Notes under the pieces: generated by a model
The model's input: only the letters and a program-made list of their open reading frames with translations
Told to the model about the DNA's origin: nothing
Databases searched by the model: none
Shown here: positions 23,411-36,299 of the stretch, piece after piece
Position numbering within the stretch: position 1 is the first letter of the stretch
How the letters are laid out: every line of letters starts with the position of its first letter
Made by a program: the position numbers and the translations under genes
Assembly (NCBI RefSeq): GCF_018350175.1
Contig: NC_058383.1
Coordinates: 21,206,001 to 21,270,000 of the forward strand
Direction of reading: 5' to 3'
Source of the DNA: Felis catus
Lineage: Eukaryota
DNA length: 64,000 nucleotides

Positions 23411-23639
23411 GGGGCGCCTGGGTGGCTCAGTTGGTAAAGTGTCCGACTTCAGCTCAGGTCATGATCTCACTGTCTGTGAGTTCGAGCCCCACATCGGGCT
23501 CTGTGCTGACAGCTACCTCAGAGCCTGGAGCTGGTCCTTGGATTCTGTGTCTCCCTCTCTCTCTGCCCCTCCCCTGCTAGTGTGCTCTCTCTCTCTCTTT
23601 CTCTCCGTCTCTCGCTCTCAAAAATAATAAATAAAACAC
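23411..23639 (+). mobile_element. Can-SINE
   Basis: TSD TTAAAGAATATTTAA at 23396-23410 and 23640-23654. Confidence 0.96.
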
Positions 23640-25499
23640 TTAAAGAATATTTAATAACATAAGAAAATGTTCATACATCCTGGGAATAAGCACAAAATAC
23701 AAATCTAAATACAGTATGATTACTTTTTTGGAAAATAAACAAATAAATATGTATATACACGTATTTGCGTTGAAAACATGCTGGAAGGAAGGAACGTGAA
23801 AATGGTATCACTGTTATCACAGGGGTTTTTCAACTTTTCAACTTTTAGAGAATTTACATGCACCAGTCTTACAAGTTACACTATAAATATACAATAAAAT
23901 ACACAGTAAAAATTTGGAGGATATTACCAGATGATGTCTGAGATCCCTATCAATCTGCTTCTGGCATAAAAATGACAACGTCTATAAAAATCTGACACTT
24001 TAAAACGGAAGAGGATCTGTGATACTATTACCCCCTGTCGATCTGTGTTGGGTTGCCCCATAATGGTAGCAAGTAGCTTCACTAAGAGATTTTGGGGAGG
24101 TTGGCTTCCTGAACACAGACTCTATCCTTCAACCTTATCATCCAATGAAACCTTTTTCTTTCTGGGCCCCAGCTGGAGCCCAGTTTGTCACCCAATTCCT
24201 TGTTTGCCTTACTTGCTGTCTCCCCTGGGCCCCTGCAGGCAACCCTTACCAAACCAGATAGCAGGACTCCATCTGAGATGAGCTTCCCAGGTGGCTTATC
24301 TTCCAGCAGCACTATATCAAAAACCACTTGGATGCCTGGTTCAGGTCTCTCCCTGGGGACATCCACCAAGGGTAGGGTCTTAGATTTACACGAGTCCTCC
24401 CTTAATGGGTTCCTTGTCTGAATTTTGCCTTGTGGTGGACCCACAGCAGACTCAACCCAGACACCAACCAACCTAGCAGACAACGCTTAAGTCCCAAGGA
24501 GCTAAATTCAAGCTGAATATTTTACCTACCGAACTGGCCTGGAATGGGAAGACACTGGGGGTTTACTGAGGCCAGAGACTTTGGGAAGAACTAAGAGTCC
24601 AATTCAGAACAGCTGTGAAGTCCCATCCATAAAATGAGAGCAAAACCATAAACCAGAAATGAAATCTAGGATATGGAAGAGTCAGAAATGCAGAGAAGCT
24701 TGAACACAGCTATAGAATCTCCAGGATGGCCAGGACTCAGCTTCAGGGATCGCTTGTGGGCATATTGTGAACGATTAAAACAGGGGACCCAGGAACACAA
24801 GCCCAAATGCCTGAAGAGCCCAGGTAATTAAAAGAGAAGATGGACGGCCAGCAGGAGAGTGCCTGCCTCATGCAAAGAGAGGCAGTCGCTACTCAGGAAC
24901 GCCGATCCCCTGCTACCAGATCTGTTCATTATTTTATTTTTTAAAATAGGCTCCCTGCCCAGTGTGGGGCTTGAACTTTCCATCCCGAGATTAAGAGTCA
25001 TGTGCTCTACTGACTGAGCCAGCCTGGCGCCCCCAAATCCCTCAATCTTGAAATGTTGCCATTTCATGTTTTGAATGGCATTCACGCCAAAGCCAAACAA
25101 AACGTAGTTGCAGGCTTGATTCACTCAATGGACAGCAATTCATGACGTCTGAGGAAAAGTTACAAAGTTGGAAAAGGAGGAAGAATTAATTGACTCTTGC
25201 CAGACTGACCCACCCTCAACCTTCCCCAACAGGCTTTCCTTTACAGGAATGGGAGAAAGAAAGAATTATGCTTTCATTGCTCCAAAGAGCGACCCATCCG
25301 ACCCCAGGGTGAGGGCAAGGATGACATGGCCACCCACTGACGCTAGCCCCCACCTATTTCCCCACACCTAGGAGTCCGTGGGGACAGACCGGAAACCAGC
25401 ACAGTTCCAGAAACCAGCTGTGAGGCCCTCAGACGCTCAATAGTAATGAGTGTGGAAATCTGAACGCCATTGTCACTTCTATGGGGTCCCGCCCACCGA

Positions 25500-26245
25500 T
25501 AGCTCCTTTGATGCGTTTCTACTTCAGGATACTTCTGACAAGAGAGTAGGGTTTTTTCTTACACCAATAACCAAATCTCCAACTCTCCGGACACCAGCTG
25601 GATGTCCCACAACGTAATTCAATTCTGACACCGTCTATCTGGACATCCACTGGTTAAGGGCTGCGCCTGCTTCATTCAGATGCCAGTTACACCGGGACTT
25701 TGGATGCTCTGACTATAAACTCAGGGAGTTCCCCCAAACCCCTCTTCCGGTTCAGGAATTTTCTGAAACAGTTCACAGAACTCAGGAGAGCACTTTACTT
25801 ACTTTTACTAAGTATGGAAGTTCATTATAAAGGATACAGGCAAACAGCCAGATGAAGAGGTATGTAGGGCAAGATCTGGAAGGGGTCTGAGCAGAGGACC
25901 TTCTGTCCCATGGGGTTGGCTGTGCTACCCTGCCAGCAACTGTGTTCACTAACACCGAGACTCCCCGAACCATGCAGTTTAGGGGTCTTTGATGGAAGTT
26001 TCATTACACAGGAGTGGTTGATTAAATCATCGGTTACTCGTAGTTAACTCAGTCACCAGCCCCTCTCCCCTCTCCCAGAGGTCAGGGGGTAGGGCTGAAA
26101 GTCTGGAACCTCTAATGATGCCTGGTCTTTCAGGTGACCAGCCCATCTCCCCTCAAACCCTCACCGGAGTCCTCAATCTACCTAGGATCCCACCCACTGG
26201 TCACCTCACTAGCATACCAAGGACCCTGGGGACAAAGACTAAGTA
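25500..26245. mobile_element. ERVL-type LTR relic (MER21/MER68-like)
   Basis: ACTTCTGACA...GACACCAGCTGGATGTCC...AATTCAATTCTGACAC...CACAGAACTCAGGAGAGCACTTTACTTAC. Confidence 0.65.
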
Positions 26246-26247
26246 TA

Positions 26248-26463
26248 TTTCTTTCTTTTTTAATGTTTATGGTTTTTTTTGAGAGAGAGACAGAGCACAA
26301 GTGGAGGAGGGGCAGAGAGAGAGGGAGACACAGAATCCAAAGCAGGCTCCAGGCTCTGAGCTGGTGGCACAGAGCCGGACATGGGGCTCCAACCCATGAA
26401 CCATGAGATCACGACCTGAGCTGAAGTCGGATGCTTACCAGACAGAGCCACCCAGGTGTTCCC
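26248..26463 (-). mobile_element. Can-SINE
   Basis: Reverse-strand SINE with TSD-like CTAA(G/ATG)TATATTTCTT flanks. Confidence 0.92.
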
Positions 26464-27249
26464 TAAATGTATATTTCTTATTATACAGGTATCACCCACT
26501 CTTCAAAAGTTCACATTTCAACACTTTGCTTTTTACAAAAGACCTACGTTGGTATCTGCTTTTGGTAACCAAAAGAAATCCGAAGAATATTTTTGCTTTT
26601 ATGGGAAAGAAAAAAAAAAGCCCAGAAAGCAAAAATAGCATTCAGCATTTGTTCGGTGGCAAGTCGTTATAGAGGCAGTGCACATCCCAAGCAGCTAGAG
26701 CGGCAAAGCCAAGTCCTTGGTCGGGGAAGGCTGCTATTTTACCATCTTTTCTACTTTTCATATACAGCCTTCTTCAGTCTCTTGTTTAGACACTGGTGTT
26801 CTGTTCTCCTTTTCCCCTCGGGCAATTTTATCCATTTCCCCCCACCTTTGTGTAAGGTAAGAAAAATCCGAGCCAGAACCTTGGATCAGTTTCTCTCTGC
26901 CACCATACGAAGGCAGGGAGAAGGAAAGTATCATGACCATGACCTTTCGGCTTAATGTACAATGAGCTGCTCACCTGTAAACACGACCTAAACTCTGACC
27001 AGTCGGACTACTCTCCCTCCCTCATCTGGGAAGGAATTAAGGACGGGATGTCCGAAGAGAAATGCAAAATAGAACCAGCGAGGCGAACTGGCCAGAATGC
27101 CGGTTCAGCTTAACAACAGTCAAGTCAAGGGAGGTGGAATAAAACTATAGAAGAGCTTGCTGGTTGCCAAAAAGTATCCATTCGCCCCTCCTTTGCTAGT
27201 AGAACACCGTTTTATTTGGTGTGGCAATGCATTCATAAAACACTACTTT

Positions 27250-27364
27250 GGGGCGCCTGGGTGGCTCAGTCAGTTAAGCATCTGACTTGGGCTGAGGTCA
27301 CGATCTCAGGGTTTGTGAGTTCCAGTCCCCCATCAGATGAGCACAAGCCCCGCATTGGGCAAGT
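27250..27364 (+). mobile_element. Tailless 3'-truncated Can-SINE
   Basis: SINE head with no (CT)n or A tail, flanked by AA(C/G)ACTACTTT at 27239-27249 and 27365-27375. Confidence 0.8.
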
Positions 27365-28695
27365 AAGACTACTTTGCCCCACCTCCCATGAGGTCACATG
27401 TGACCCTATGATTGGGTTCTGGTCAATGACATGTAAATGAAGTGTTGACTGAACTTCCAGCAAGATCCCTCAAAGGAACTTCTCTCAGTTGGGACATTTG
27501 CCCATTTCCTTTCTCTTCTCCTCCTTCTTCTTCCCTGAAATCCAGGCATGGTGTTGAGACATCCAGCAGGCATCTTTGACCATGCGGTGGCCTTGATGAT
27601 AAAGGTCACACACTTGAACGGCTTACGTGTACCGGGCAGATAAAAGGAGGTAGTCAAAACTAAAGAAGCCTTTCCGGACTTCTGTGCTGGCCTCCAAACT
27701 TCTTGCACGGGGGGAGAGAAATAAACTTCTCCTTTAAATCAGTTTTAACTTTAGTTTCCTGATACAGGCAGCCAAACCTAATCCTAACTGATACAGAAAT
27801 TACATAAAGTGTATGTTTAAATCAGCTATAAATGTCTCTAAAGGAATTGTATTCCTTTAAGAAATGTATTTCTAAATAAATCTTCCTGGAAGGATCGTAA
27901 TATGTGAACTGAAATCTGCTAAGAAAAAACGATCATAGAAATATACAAGGTATAAACAATCTCTTCTGTGAATACTAAGTTTGCTGGAAAAGGTGAACCG
28001 AGAAGGGGGAAAAGGCAGCCAAGGAAGGGGGAAAATTCTCACCAGATAGGTTAAAGAAAAGAAAAGAAAGAGAGAAAGAAACAAGGCTCCTGCAAGGGGA
28101 GGAGATGCTTTGCTCTGCATAAGCAGGGGCTCTTCTATTTTTCTTTCTCCTGAAAGCTTTGATCTTGCGGTCTCTGAAAAGAGATTAGAGAAGAAAAGAC
28201 AGATATCGCAAGTGTTAGCATCTGCTGACTGAGGCTCGGTGGGGGGAGGTGAAAGCACTGAGAGGGGAAAATCTCACCAGTGTGCTCAAAGCTGTGAACA
28301 GCCAAGGAGGGGGGTAAAAACCCTAAGAAGGGTGCTGATGAAGATTTTTGGGAGGTTTTGGTGGCAATCTAGCCTGTTCGATGGAAACCTGAGTTAACCC
28401 TCGGAGGCCTGGCTACCCGGTTAAGATTCAGTGAGCTTCTCTATTAGGATTGCCCGACTTCAGATCAAACAGACCGGCCCACTATCATGACTTGGTGGTA
28501 TTACCAAGTATATCCAGGTATACTTGGATTACAGGAGAAAATCTGGTGCAAAGGGTTAATTTACAGAGTACGTTGTTTTGTTTTGTTTCCATTTTCTTAA
28601 ACCGCTCTCAAATAGCGTGCTTGGGGCGACGTGGCAACCAAATTGTGCTCTTGTCTGTCCGGATACCAACATTCATTTCGTTTAAATCGTGTTTA

Positions 28696-29019
28696 CCCTC
28701 TCTCTCTGCCCCTCCCCCGTTCATGCTCTGTCTCTCTCTGTCCCAAAAATAAAATAAAACGTTGAAAAAAAAATTAAAAAAAAAAAAAAGGGGGCGCCTG
28801 GGTGGCGCAGTCGGTTGAGCGTCCGACTTCAGCCAGGTCACGATCTCGCGGTCCGTGAGTTCGAGCCCCGCGTCGGGCTCTGGGCTGACGGCTCGGAGCC
28901 TGGAGCCTGTTTCCGATTCTGTGTCTCCCTCTCTCTCTGCCCCTTCCCCGTTCATGCTCTGTCTCTCTCTGTCCCAAAAATAAAATAAAACGTTGAAAAA
29001 AAAATTAAAAAAAAATAAA
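28696..29019 (+). mobile_element. Tandem SINE: 3' fragment (28696-28789) + full young SINE (28790-29019) in one TSD pair
   Basis: TSD TAAATCGTGTTTA at 28683-28695 and 29020-29032. The two tails are near-identical. Confidence 0.92.
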
Positions 29020-30180
29020 TAAATCGTGTTTATTTTTCTTACACTGATGACACGATTACAGTTTACAAAGAGCTTTACACACATTATCTTTTCCAATTAG
29101 CACAGCATGCGTATAAAGTGATCAGGGCAAGTGTAGAGATCTAAGGTGCAGAGAGGTTACACGACGAGCTAACACCCTTTTATAAAAAACAGTACACCTG
29201 ATATTTTTAAGTTTGGGGCATGGAACTTAGCATCCGTTCCCACTAATCCATGCTGAGTCAAGATTAAATGTGGAGGATTTTGATTCTATGTTTCATTGAT
29301 CATGAATCAGTTTTCCTCCAAAGTCATCTACAGGGATGAACCAGGAGAGAGAATAAACCCCATCAAAGGTGACTTTCTTGGGACATCAGTGATAACAAAG
29401 CATAGGCTTCATAAGTGATAGGTTGGTGCTGGGTGAGAAAAGCGAACATGATATTTCCACCTGCTGTCACTGACCTCATGGTTCCTTCTACAACACATCC
29501 ATAATACCAGTTAAATCCTCAGACTAGTCTCCTTTTCTTTACCCTTTTAGTCTAAGATTGTTGTTTTTATAAAAATGAGAGATGCCTTTTCCATCACGGC
29601 TCACAGAGAAGCTACTGAAATTTCTACTCATTTCAAAACCCTTTTGACTACTTGTTGAACCCTCATCCAAGCCAGAGATGAGCTTCTGCTGCCCGGAATA
29701 GCGGAAGCTAATCTCTGAAGGATTGACCGTCCAGATTACATTTAGAGCAAGTCACATACATCACAGTTTATAACGCATCTTCGTGTGCTCTGTGTAACTG
29801 AATCCTTGCAATAATCTAGCATCCCAGCCATGAGCATTATCCTCAGTCTGCATCTAAGAAAACCGAAGTGGAGAAAGTTAAAAATCTTACTCAGAACAGA
29901 AAGGGATGGAGTTGGAAATTAAATGCAGGAATGTTTTTACCCCACTGCAAATTTATTCTACAATACCCCCACTGAATTAAAATTTCTAACTGGCTCCTAT
30001 ACACATCAGAGTTACCACAGACCGATTAACCACAAGGAAAAAGATAAGGGATACTTTTTTACTTTAGAGTTGACTTCCCCCTGTTTTATAAATTGTTTCA
30101 GAGACAAAAATGAATCATTAAGGGCTAGAGTCACCATGAAGTACATAGAGTTACTAGTTTTCCTATATAAAGAGCTTTTT

Positions 30181-30403
30181 ATTTTTATTTAAAAAAAATT
30201 TTTTTTTATGTTTATTTTTGAGACAGAGACAGACAGAGCATGAACGGGGGAGGGTCAGAGAGAGGGAGACACAGAATCTGAAACAGGCTCCAGGCTCTGA
30301 GCGGTCAGCCCAGAGCCTGACACGGGGCTCGAACTCATGGACCGCGAGATCATGACCTGAGCCGCAGTCGGCCGCTTAACCAACTGAGCCACCCAGGCGC
30401 CCC
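30181..30403 (-). mobile_element. Can-SINE
   Basis: TSD TAAAGAGCTTTTT on both sides. Confidence 0.95.
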
Positions 30404-31254
30404 TAAAGAGCTTTTTAAAGATCATTAAGAAAACATCTGGGGCACTTGGTTGACTCAGTACAGTAGGCAACTTGATCTCAGGGTCATGAGTTCAAGCCCC
30501 ATGGTATTTAAAATAAATAAATATGTAACATATACATAAAGTCATTAAGAAAACATCCTAACCCCGTAATGGAGGGGAAAAAAGATCACGAATAGGCAAT
30601 TTATATAAAAAAAAAAAATGTAAGTAATACGAATATTCAATGACACTAAAAATCAAAGATATTTTAGGGAGATGTAGTCATCTTTCACTTTTAGACTCAA
30701 GTACTGATTGGTTGACTCTCCAGAAAGTCAGCAATGGACAAGGTCTGTTAAACCAGCAGATGCTTGGCATAGGAAGGTACAAGTCCTTCTTCTATGAACT
30801 ATTTGTGGAAGTGGAAATTGGCACAATGATTCTGGAAATATGTGATAATATGGGTCAAAAGAGTCCAAAAACATTCCTATCAAGGACTTCTGGATTAAAA
30901 TTAAACAGCCCAATACAAACCTCCCAGGAAAATTTTAACACTCAACAAAACACCCGAACTAGGATTGACAATTAGGTTAATGTCGTTGTAAGGGAAAGTT
31001 TTACTGGCCGGTAAGTATTAGACCCACAAATCTGGATTAAAAATCACAACTGGTGGCCCCACTGTTCTAAGCTAGCAACAGAGACTCTAAACCTTAACTG
31101 ACAATTAAGCTAGAAAGTTCACAAAGACTCCGAAGGATGCTGGCACACACAGGTGAGAAGACACAGCCCTGAGTTAGGGGTTATGTTAGGGAAGGGTTAA
31201 GTCTGGAGAAGAGTTAGAAGACATTTACCATGAATATTCTAAAAATGGATTACA

Positions 31255-31471
31255 GGGGCGCCTGGGTGGCTCAGTCGGTTAAGCGTCCGACTTCAGCTCA
31301 GGTCACGATCTCGCAGTCCGTGAGTTCGAGCCCCGCGTCGGGCTCTGGGCTGATGGCTCAGAGCCTGGAGCCTGTTTCCGATTCTGTGTCTCCCTCTCTC
31401 TCTGCCCCTCCCCCGCTCATGCTCTGTCTCTCTCTGTCTCAAAAATAAATATAAAAGTTAAAAAAAAAATG
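31255..31471 (+). mobile_element. Young feline SINE
   Basis: TSD TAAAAATGGATTACA at 31240-31254 and 31472-31486; CpG-rich. Confidence 0.96.
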
Positions 31472-32526
31472 TAAAAATGGATTACAAGGGATGGAGGTGA
31501 AGGTCCATTCTTAGCAGATTTATACTTGTTCCATACCTTATGATCATGAGTTATGTCCTGGCTACTTTGCTTATGAGACGTTCCCCCAGAGACATCATGA
31601 TTTCAAAGCTGATCTTGTTTCAAAAGTAACCCTAATCCTGAGGCCATGTACACATTCACTTTAGGAAATGTTTTTGCCATAACATTCATTCTGTGAAAAG
31701 TTTATTCATCCAATGCACATATCATTATAATAGTAAACTCACTCCCTATGACCTCATTGACTTTCTTCAGAACATCACTTGCGTTAAGTGCCTTAATTTG
31801 ACTTATAAATCAGAAACCATCAAGACTTATTGTGTTTCTTTCTCCCATACACCTAGCTGGAGAGAGTGAGGGTGGGGAGACATTCTCCTTCTATTTCCGG
31901 AAAAGACAGGGGAATTTAAGTTTTTCCCATATATTAGAAGAAATGTGGGAAGTTTCGGAAAAAGGTGCCCTACGGTTGTCAGAAGAAAACTTCGGAAAAT
32001 ATTAATCAACTTGAAAGTGGCTAGGAAGGCTGTTCTGGAGCCACAGAAACAAGGGTAGCTGGGCAGGAGGGAGGAGGTGGCCAAATAACCCATCAGTCTC
32101 TGCAAATGTACAGCTAGAAGCTGATCGCACACTTAAGTTTAATACATGGTATTGCTACCTAAGTTCAAATCACTGTATTACAACCGAGGTAAGCTTCATC
32201 TGCCTTAGGAGACGCTCTGGTGACCAAAGAAATAAAGTCCTGTTCCATTGGGGAATTTGCTTTGGTGTCTTCTAGGTACTCCTTACCAAATTACCTCACA
32301 TTTTCACATGATTATAATAAAAGTCCCCCTGTAAATGAGGCTGCCCCCGTCTTAGCCACAATTTATTCCTTCACATCTGAGCACTTGATCTAACTGTGTC
32401 AATCAAGATCCTTCCTTTTGGAAATGAAACTAAGACTCTTCTCTCTGATGACTGCTCTCTAAATGAGTACAATATTGGCAGGGATTATTTCCAGTCCTGT
32501 ATTTATTACCTATTGTTGCAGACAAT

Positions 32527-32746
32527 ATTTTTTTAATTGTTAAACATTTATTTATTTGTGAGAGACAGAGAGAGACAAAACACAAGCAGGGCAGGGGCAG
32601 AGAGAGAAGGAGACACAGAAGCCGAAGCAGGCTCCAGTCTCTGAGCTGTCAGCACAAAGCCCAACGCAGGGCATGAACCCATGAACCGTGAGATCATGAC
32701 CTGAGCCAAAGTCAGATGCTTACCCAACGGAGCCACCCAGGCACCC
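32527..32746 (-). mobile_element. Can-SINE
   Basis: Reverse-strand SINE head, (GA)n tract and poly(T). Confidence 0.92.
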
Positions 32747-32749
32747 TAG

Positions 32750-33260
32750 TTGCTGTGTAAAATATTAGCCCAAAACTTAGTGAATTAAACAGTAAACACG
32801 TTATCTCACAGTTTCTGGGGATCCAGAATTCAGAAGGGGCTTGGCTGTATGGTTCCGGCCCAAGCTCTCTTGCAAGGTTGCAGTCAGGATGCTGGCTGAG
32901 CCTGTAGCATCTGAACGTTTGGTTGGGGCTGAAGAATCCACTTCCAAGATGGCTTCCTCACACGGATATTGGCAGGAGGCGTGAGTGCCTCACCACATGG
33001 ACCTCTCCGCAGGGCAATGTGAGTGTCCTCGTGACATGGCTTCCCCAGAACAAGTGATCCAAGAAAGAGAGTAGGGAGGAAGCCACAGCACCCTTTATGC
33101 CCCGGTTTCAGAGGTCACAAACCCTCATTCTGCCACATTTTATTCATTAAAAGTGAGACAGGAAGTCCAGCCCGTGCTCAGTGAGAGGGGAATTAGACTC
33201 CAATTGGAGGAAGGAATCGCCAAAGAATTTGAGGACATATTTTCAAAAGTGCCAGAGAGC
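32750..33260 (-). mobile_element. MaLR MLT1 LTR
   Basis: CCCAAAACTTAGTGAATTAAAC...TATCTCACAGTTTCTG...GAATCCACTTCCAAGATGGCTTCCTCACA is MLT1-like. Confidence 0.75.
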
Positions 33261-33770
33261 ATATACACAGAGAGAGACAGAAGTGAGTCAACGAGTCTGC
33301 TTGTGTTTCCTGAGGTGGGCTGCATCCTTGCCCTTGGGTTTTGTAAAACACCACTGCGTTCTTAAAAAGAAATCTTCTTCCCTAAGCTGTCTTGAGTTGG
33401 TTTAATTACTTTTCAACTAACAGAATCTTAATCACTACATGACTTCCTTCAATTAAAATCTTTGGCTCTTCTAATGATTTCTGCTTCATCCACTTTGCTC
33501 AGAGATCCGGGCACTGGTTTTTACACTCGATATCCTGAAGCCTTTTATCCCTCTCCCAGATGATCCTACCTGCCCAAAACTATTGCCATAATCTTCGGTC
33601 CCCTCTTACCTCTTTTTCCAGTCTGCCTCAGCCTTCCCTGTTCTGGACACCGCTTGGCAGTATCAGAAGAGAGAAAACACAAAACCAAACAAGAAGCCAA
33701 AAGAGAAAATCCTCCTGGGCACATGTTGTCTGGATAGTAAGTATACATGACTTCTGAGAGGCTCCTTCCC

Positions 33771-33806
33771 ATCGCTTCTCGGCCTTTTGGCTAAGATCAA
33801 GTGTAG
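33771..33806 (+). pseudogene. RNU2: 3'-truncated (tailless) U2 snRNA retropseudogene
   Basis: ATCGCTTCTCGGCCTTTTGGCTAAGATCAAGTGTAG equals U2 nt 1-36. It is flanked by the 14-bp repeat AGAGGC(T/C)CCTTCCC at 33757-33770 and 33811-33824. Confidence 0.93.
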
Positions 33807-33940
33807 CATTAGAGGCCCCTTCCCTGAAAGTTTGAGTTCAAAGTCAAGAAAATGTGACCTTCTGCTTCTGAAGTCAATAAAAAAACCAACGTCCAACGTC
33901 GATGACCTGAGCAATACTTCATAGAATATACTGCCCAGGA

Positions 33941-34395
33941 GGGGCATCGGGATGGCTCAGTCGGTTAAGCGTCCGACTCTCGGTTTCGGCCCAGGTCATG
34001 GTCCCACAGTTCATGAGTTTGAGCCCCAAGTCGGGCTCTGTGCTGACAGCGTGGAGCCTGCTTGGGATTCTCTCTCTCCCTCTCTCTCTCTCTGCCCCGC
34101 CCCTGCTCAAGCCCACTCTCTCTTGCTCCCTCTCAAAATAAATAAATAAACTGAAAAACAAAAAGAGGGGCTCCTGGGTGGCTCAGTCAGTTAAGCGTCC
34201 AACTGCAGCTCAGGTCATGATCTCACCATCCATGAGTTCAAGCCCCACATCGAGGTCTGTGCTGACAGATCAGAGCTTGGATCCTGCTTCAGATTCTGTG
34301 TCTCCCTCTCTCTCTGCCCCTCCCCCACTCACACTCTGTGCCTCTCTCTCTCTCAAAAATAAATAAAGCCACTAAACAAAACCAAAACCAAAACA
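33941..34395 (+). mobile_element. Two head-to-tail Can-SINEs
   Basis: Two SINE heads (33941 and about 34167), each with a (CT)n tract and an A tail. Confidence 0.93.
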
Positions 34396-36299
34396 CTGCT
34401 CGGGATACAAAAGAGTCTCCAAAATCTCCAGCCAGAAAAAAATGTGAGAAAAAATGGCAGTATGTAAGTGCTATATGAGCAGACCCTCTCCTGATTACCT
34501 ACCTGTCAAGAGGCTATGGGTCCTGTAGTGACAGATAAAGCAAAGCCAAGGTGAAGGCTTTCTTAGTGTTCATTTTGCACTGCGCAAGGCAAAGAGAGAT
34601 TTCCAGTGGGTGAAGGGGTTTTGGCTACCAGGAAGGTCCAATAAAGGACAGAAGAGGAAAACCATCCCCATACTCTTCCAAAGTCATTGAGAAATATTTC
34701 TCAAGAGGGATAGATAGAAGAAATGCTACGTACTTTCTAGTCCCCTGCCCAAACCTGGAATATGGACGTGCAGTGGATCCCGGGAAGCAACACCAAGACC
34801 CCCGCCTCAAAGCCAGTGTAGCCCTGCTGGGCATGCAGGCTGCTGGAGGCTCACAGCTCTGCCCCTCCTTGGAGATTGCCCTCGGTTATGGGGAGCTACG
34901 CTGCCCAAGGTTATACACCCTCTCAGGGGATGGTATATGGCCAATGACGGATTGGCTCAAGAGTTCAAAGGCTCAGCCTTTCTCTCAGTTTGCAAGGACT
35001 CTGATGGACTGTCCCAGATAGAGTTCCTGTCCAAATTCCAGCCCCATTTGCAGCCATATCCCATTTACGCCCTGCCCAGTCTTGCGGTTCTCACTTTCTT
35101 GCAAGTGTATCTTCCAGGAAACCTGTGCTCGGAACTCCCCATCTCAGAGTCTGTTTCCAGGGGTTCCGTCTAAAGCAGTACTATTATCTTCTTCATCCAG
35201 ATGACAAAACCGAGCTTTGGGGAGTGATAGCAACATGCATCTGGTCACAGAGTGCATGGTGGAACTCTGATCTGACCCTGAGGCTGTCTCATTCTCAGGT
35301 TGCACCATTCCCAGATTAACCCTCAACCAAGCATGCATTCAATATCTTGTCGATTTTCCAATTACCTTATTGGTTGGGAGAGCATCCTAAGGATGAGACC
35401 TGAAAATTCTGACCCATTGCAATGCTTTACCCACTTGCATGATAACACTACAAATTTGGTTTGTAAATTAGTCTGTGTGTCTAGACAATGTGAGCCCGTG
35501 TCTAAAGGGACCTCATTCCAGGGGAATGGATAAAATAGTTTCTGTCACTTTGAGGTCTTGCCTGAGAGTCTGTCCACCATCACCGGAGCTGACCCCAGCG
35601 TTCTATATCATTTTGCTTTTCCAACGAGACAAAAGCAAACCTCTGATTGCATTCTCCACTGCAGCAAGTTAACTCCGGGCACCTCATTTAGACTAAGAGG
35701 GAGGCGCAGCTCTAAAGAAGAAGGAGACATGCGGAGAGGAGTGCCCAGCTCCGAATTCTGTGAGCTCAGTCCACCAAGGCTGTGGGCAACAGGGATCAAG
35801 ACATAGTGGCATCTGGGGAGCCGTAGACACATTGAGATTTGCACCTCCAGACTTTGAATTTCTAATGCAGCCACCAGCAGAGTGATTTATTAGACTGACC
35901 CATGGATCTATATCAGACAAATCTCACCTTCGCATTAGGATCAACAATCCCAGGAATTGTTCTCATATTAAAGAAAAAATATTACGTTTTATGGCCGTCT
36001 TTGTGACTCTCATACAACCCATGACAGAAAAATAGTAAGTTTTCTGTAATAGACAATGGAAGGACATTCTCTGGTTGGGCTAACCTCCATTTTAAAGTCT
36101 ATTGATTCCTTTGGTTTAATTTTCTTTTTGTTTTTAAATTACCAAAACAATAACGCTAACAGTAAATTTTGTAACAATACAGAAGAATATAAAATAATAA
36201 GTAAAACTTCCCTTTTAATCCTCTCCCAAAGCCGCTCTTCCGAGATCACCACTGGGCACAGTTTGAAGGGTGGTGTCTCAGCTTCTTCCCTATGCATTT

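Noticed and set aside
24082..24483. 133-aa minus-strand ORF
   Set aside because: Non-ATG start, no recognisable motif and no convincing flanking splice pair.
28608..29096. 162-aa ORF with an internal peptide repeat
   Set aside because: It is the antisense translation of the tandem SINE. The same applies to the many GAWVAQSVK and ERERE ORFs across the window.
33771..33806. Functional U2 snRNA gene
   Set aside because: Only the first 36 nt of U2 are present, with no Sm site or 3' box, and the fragment is flanked by TSDs.
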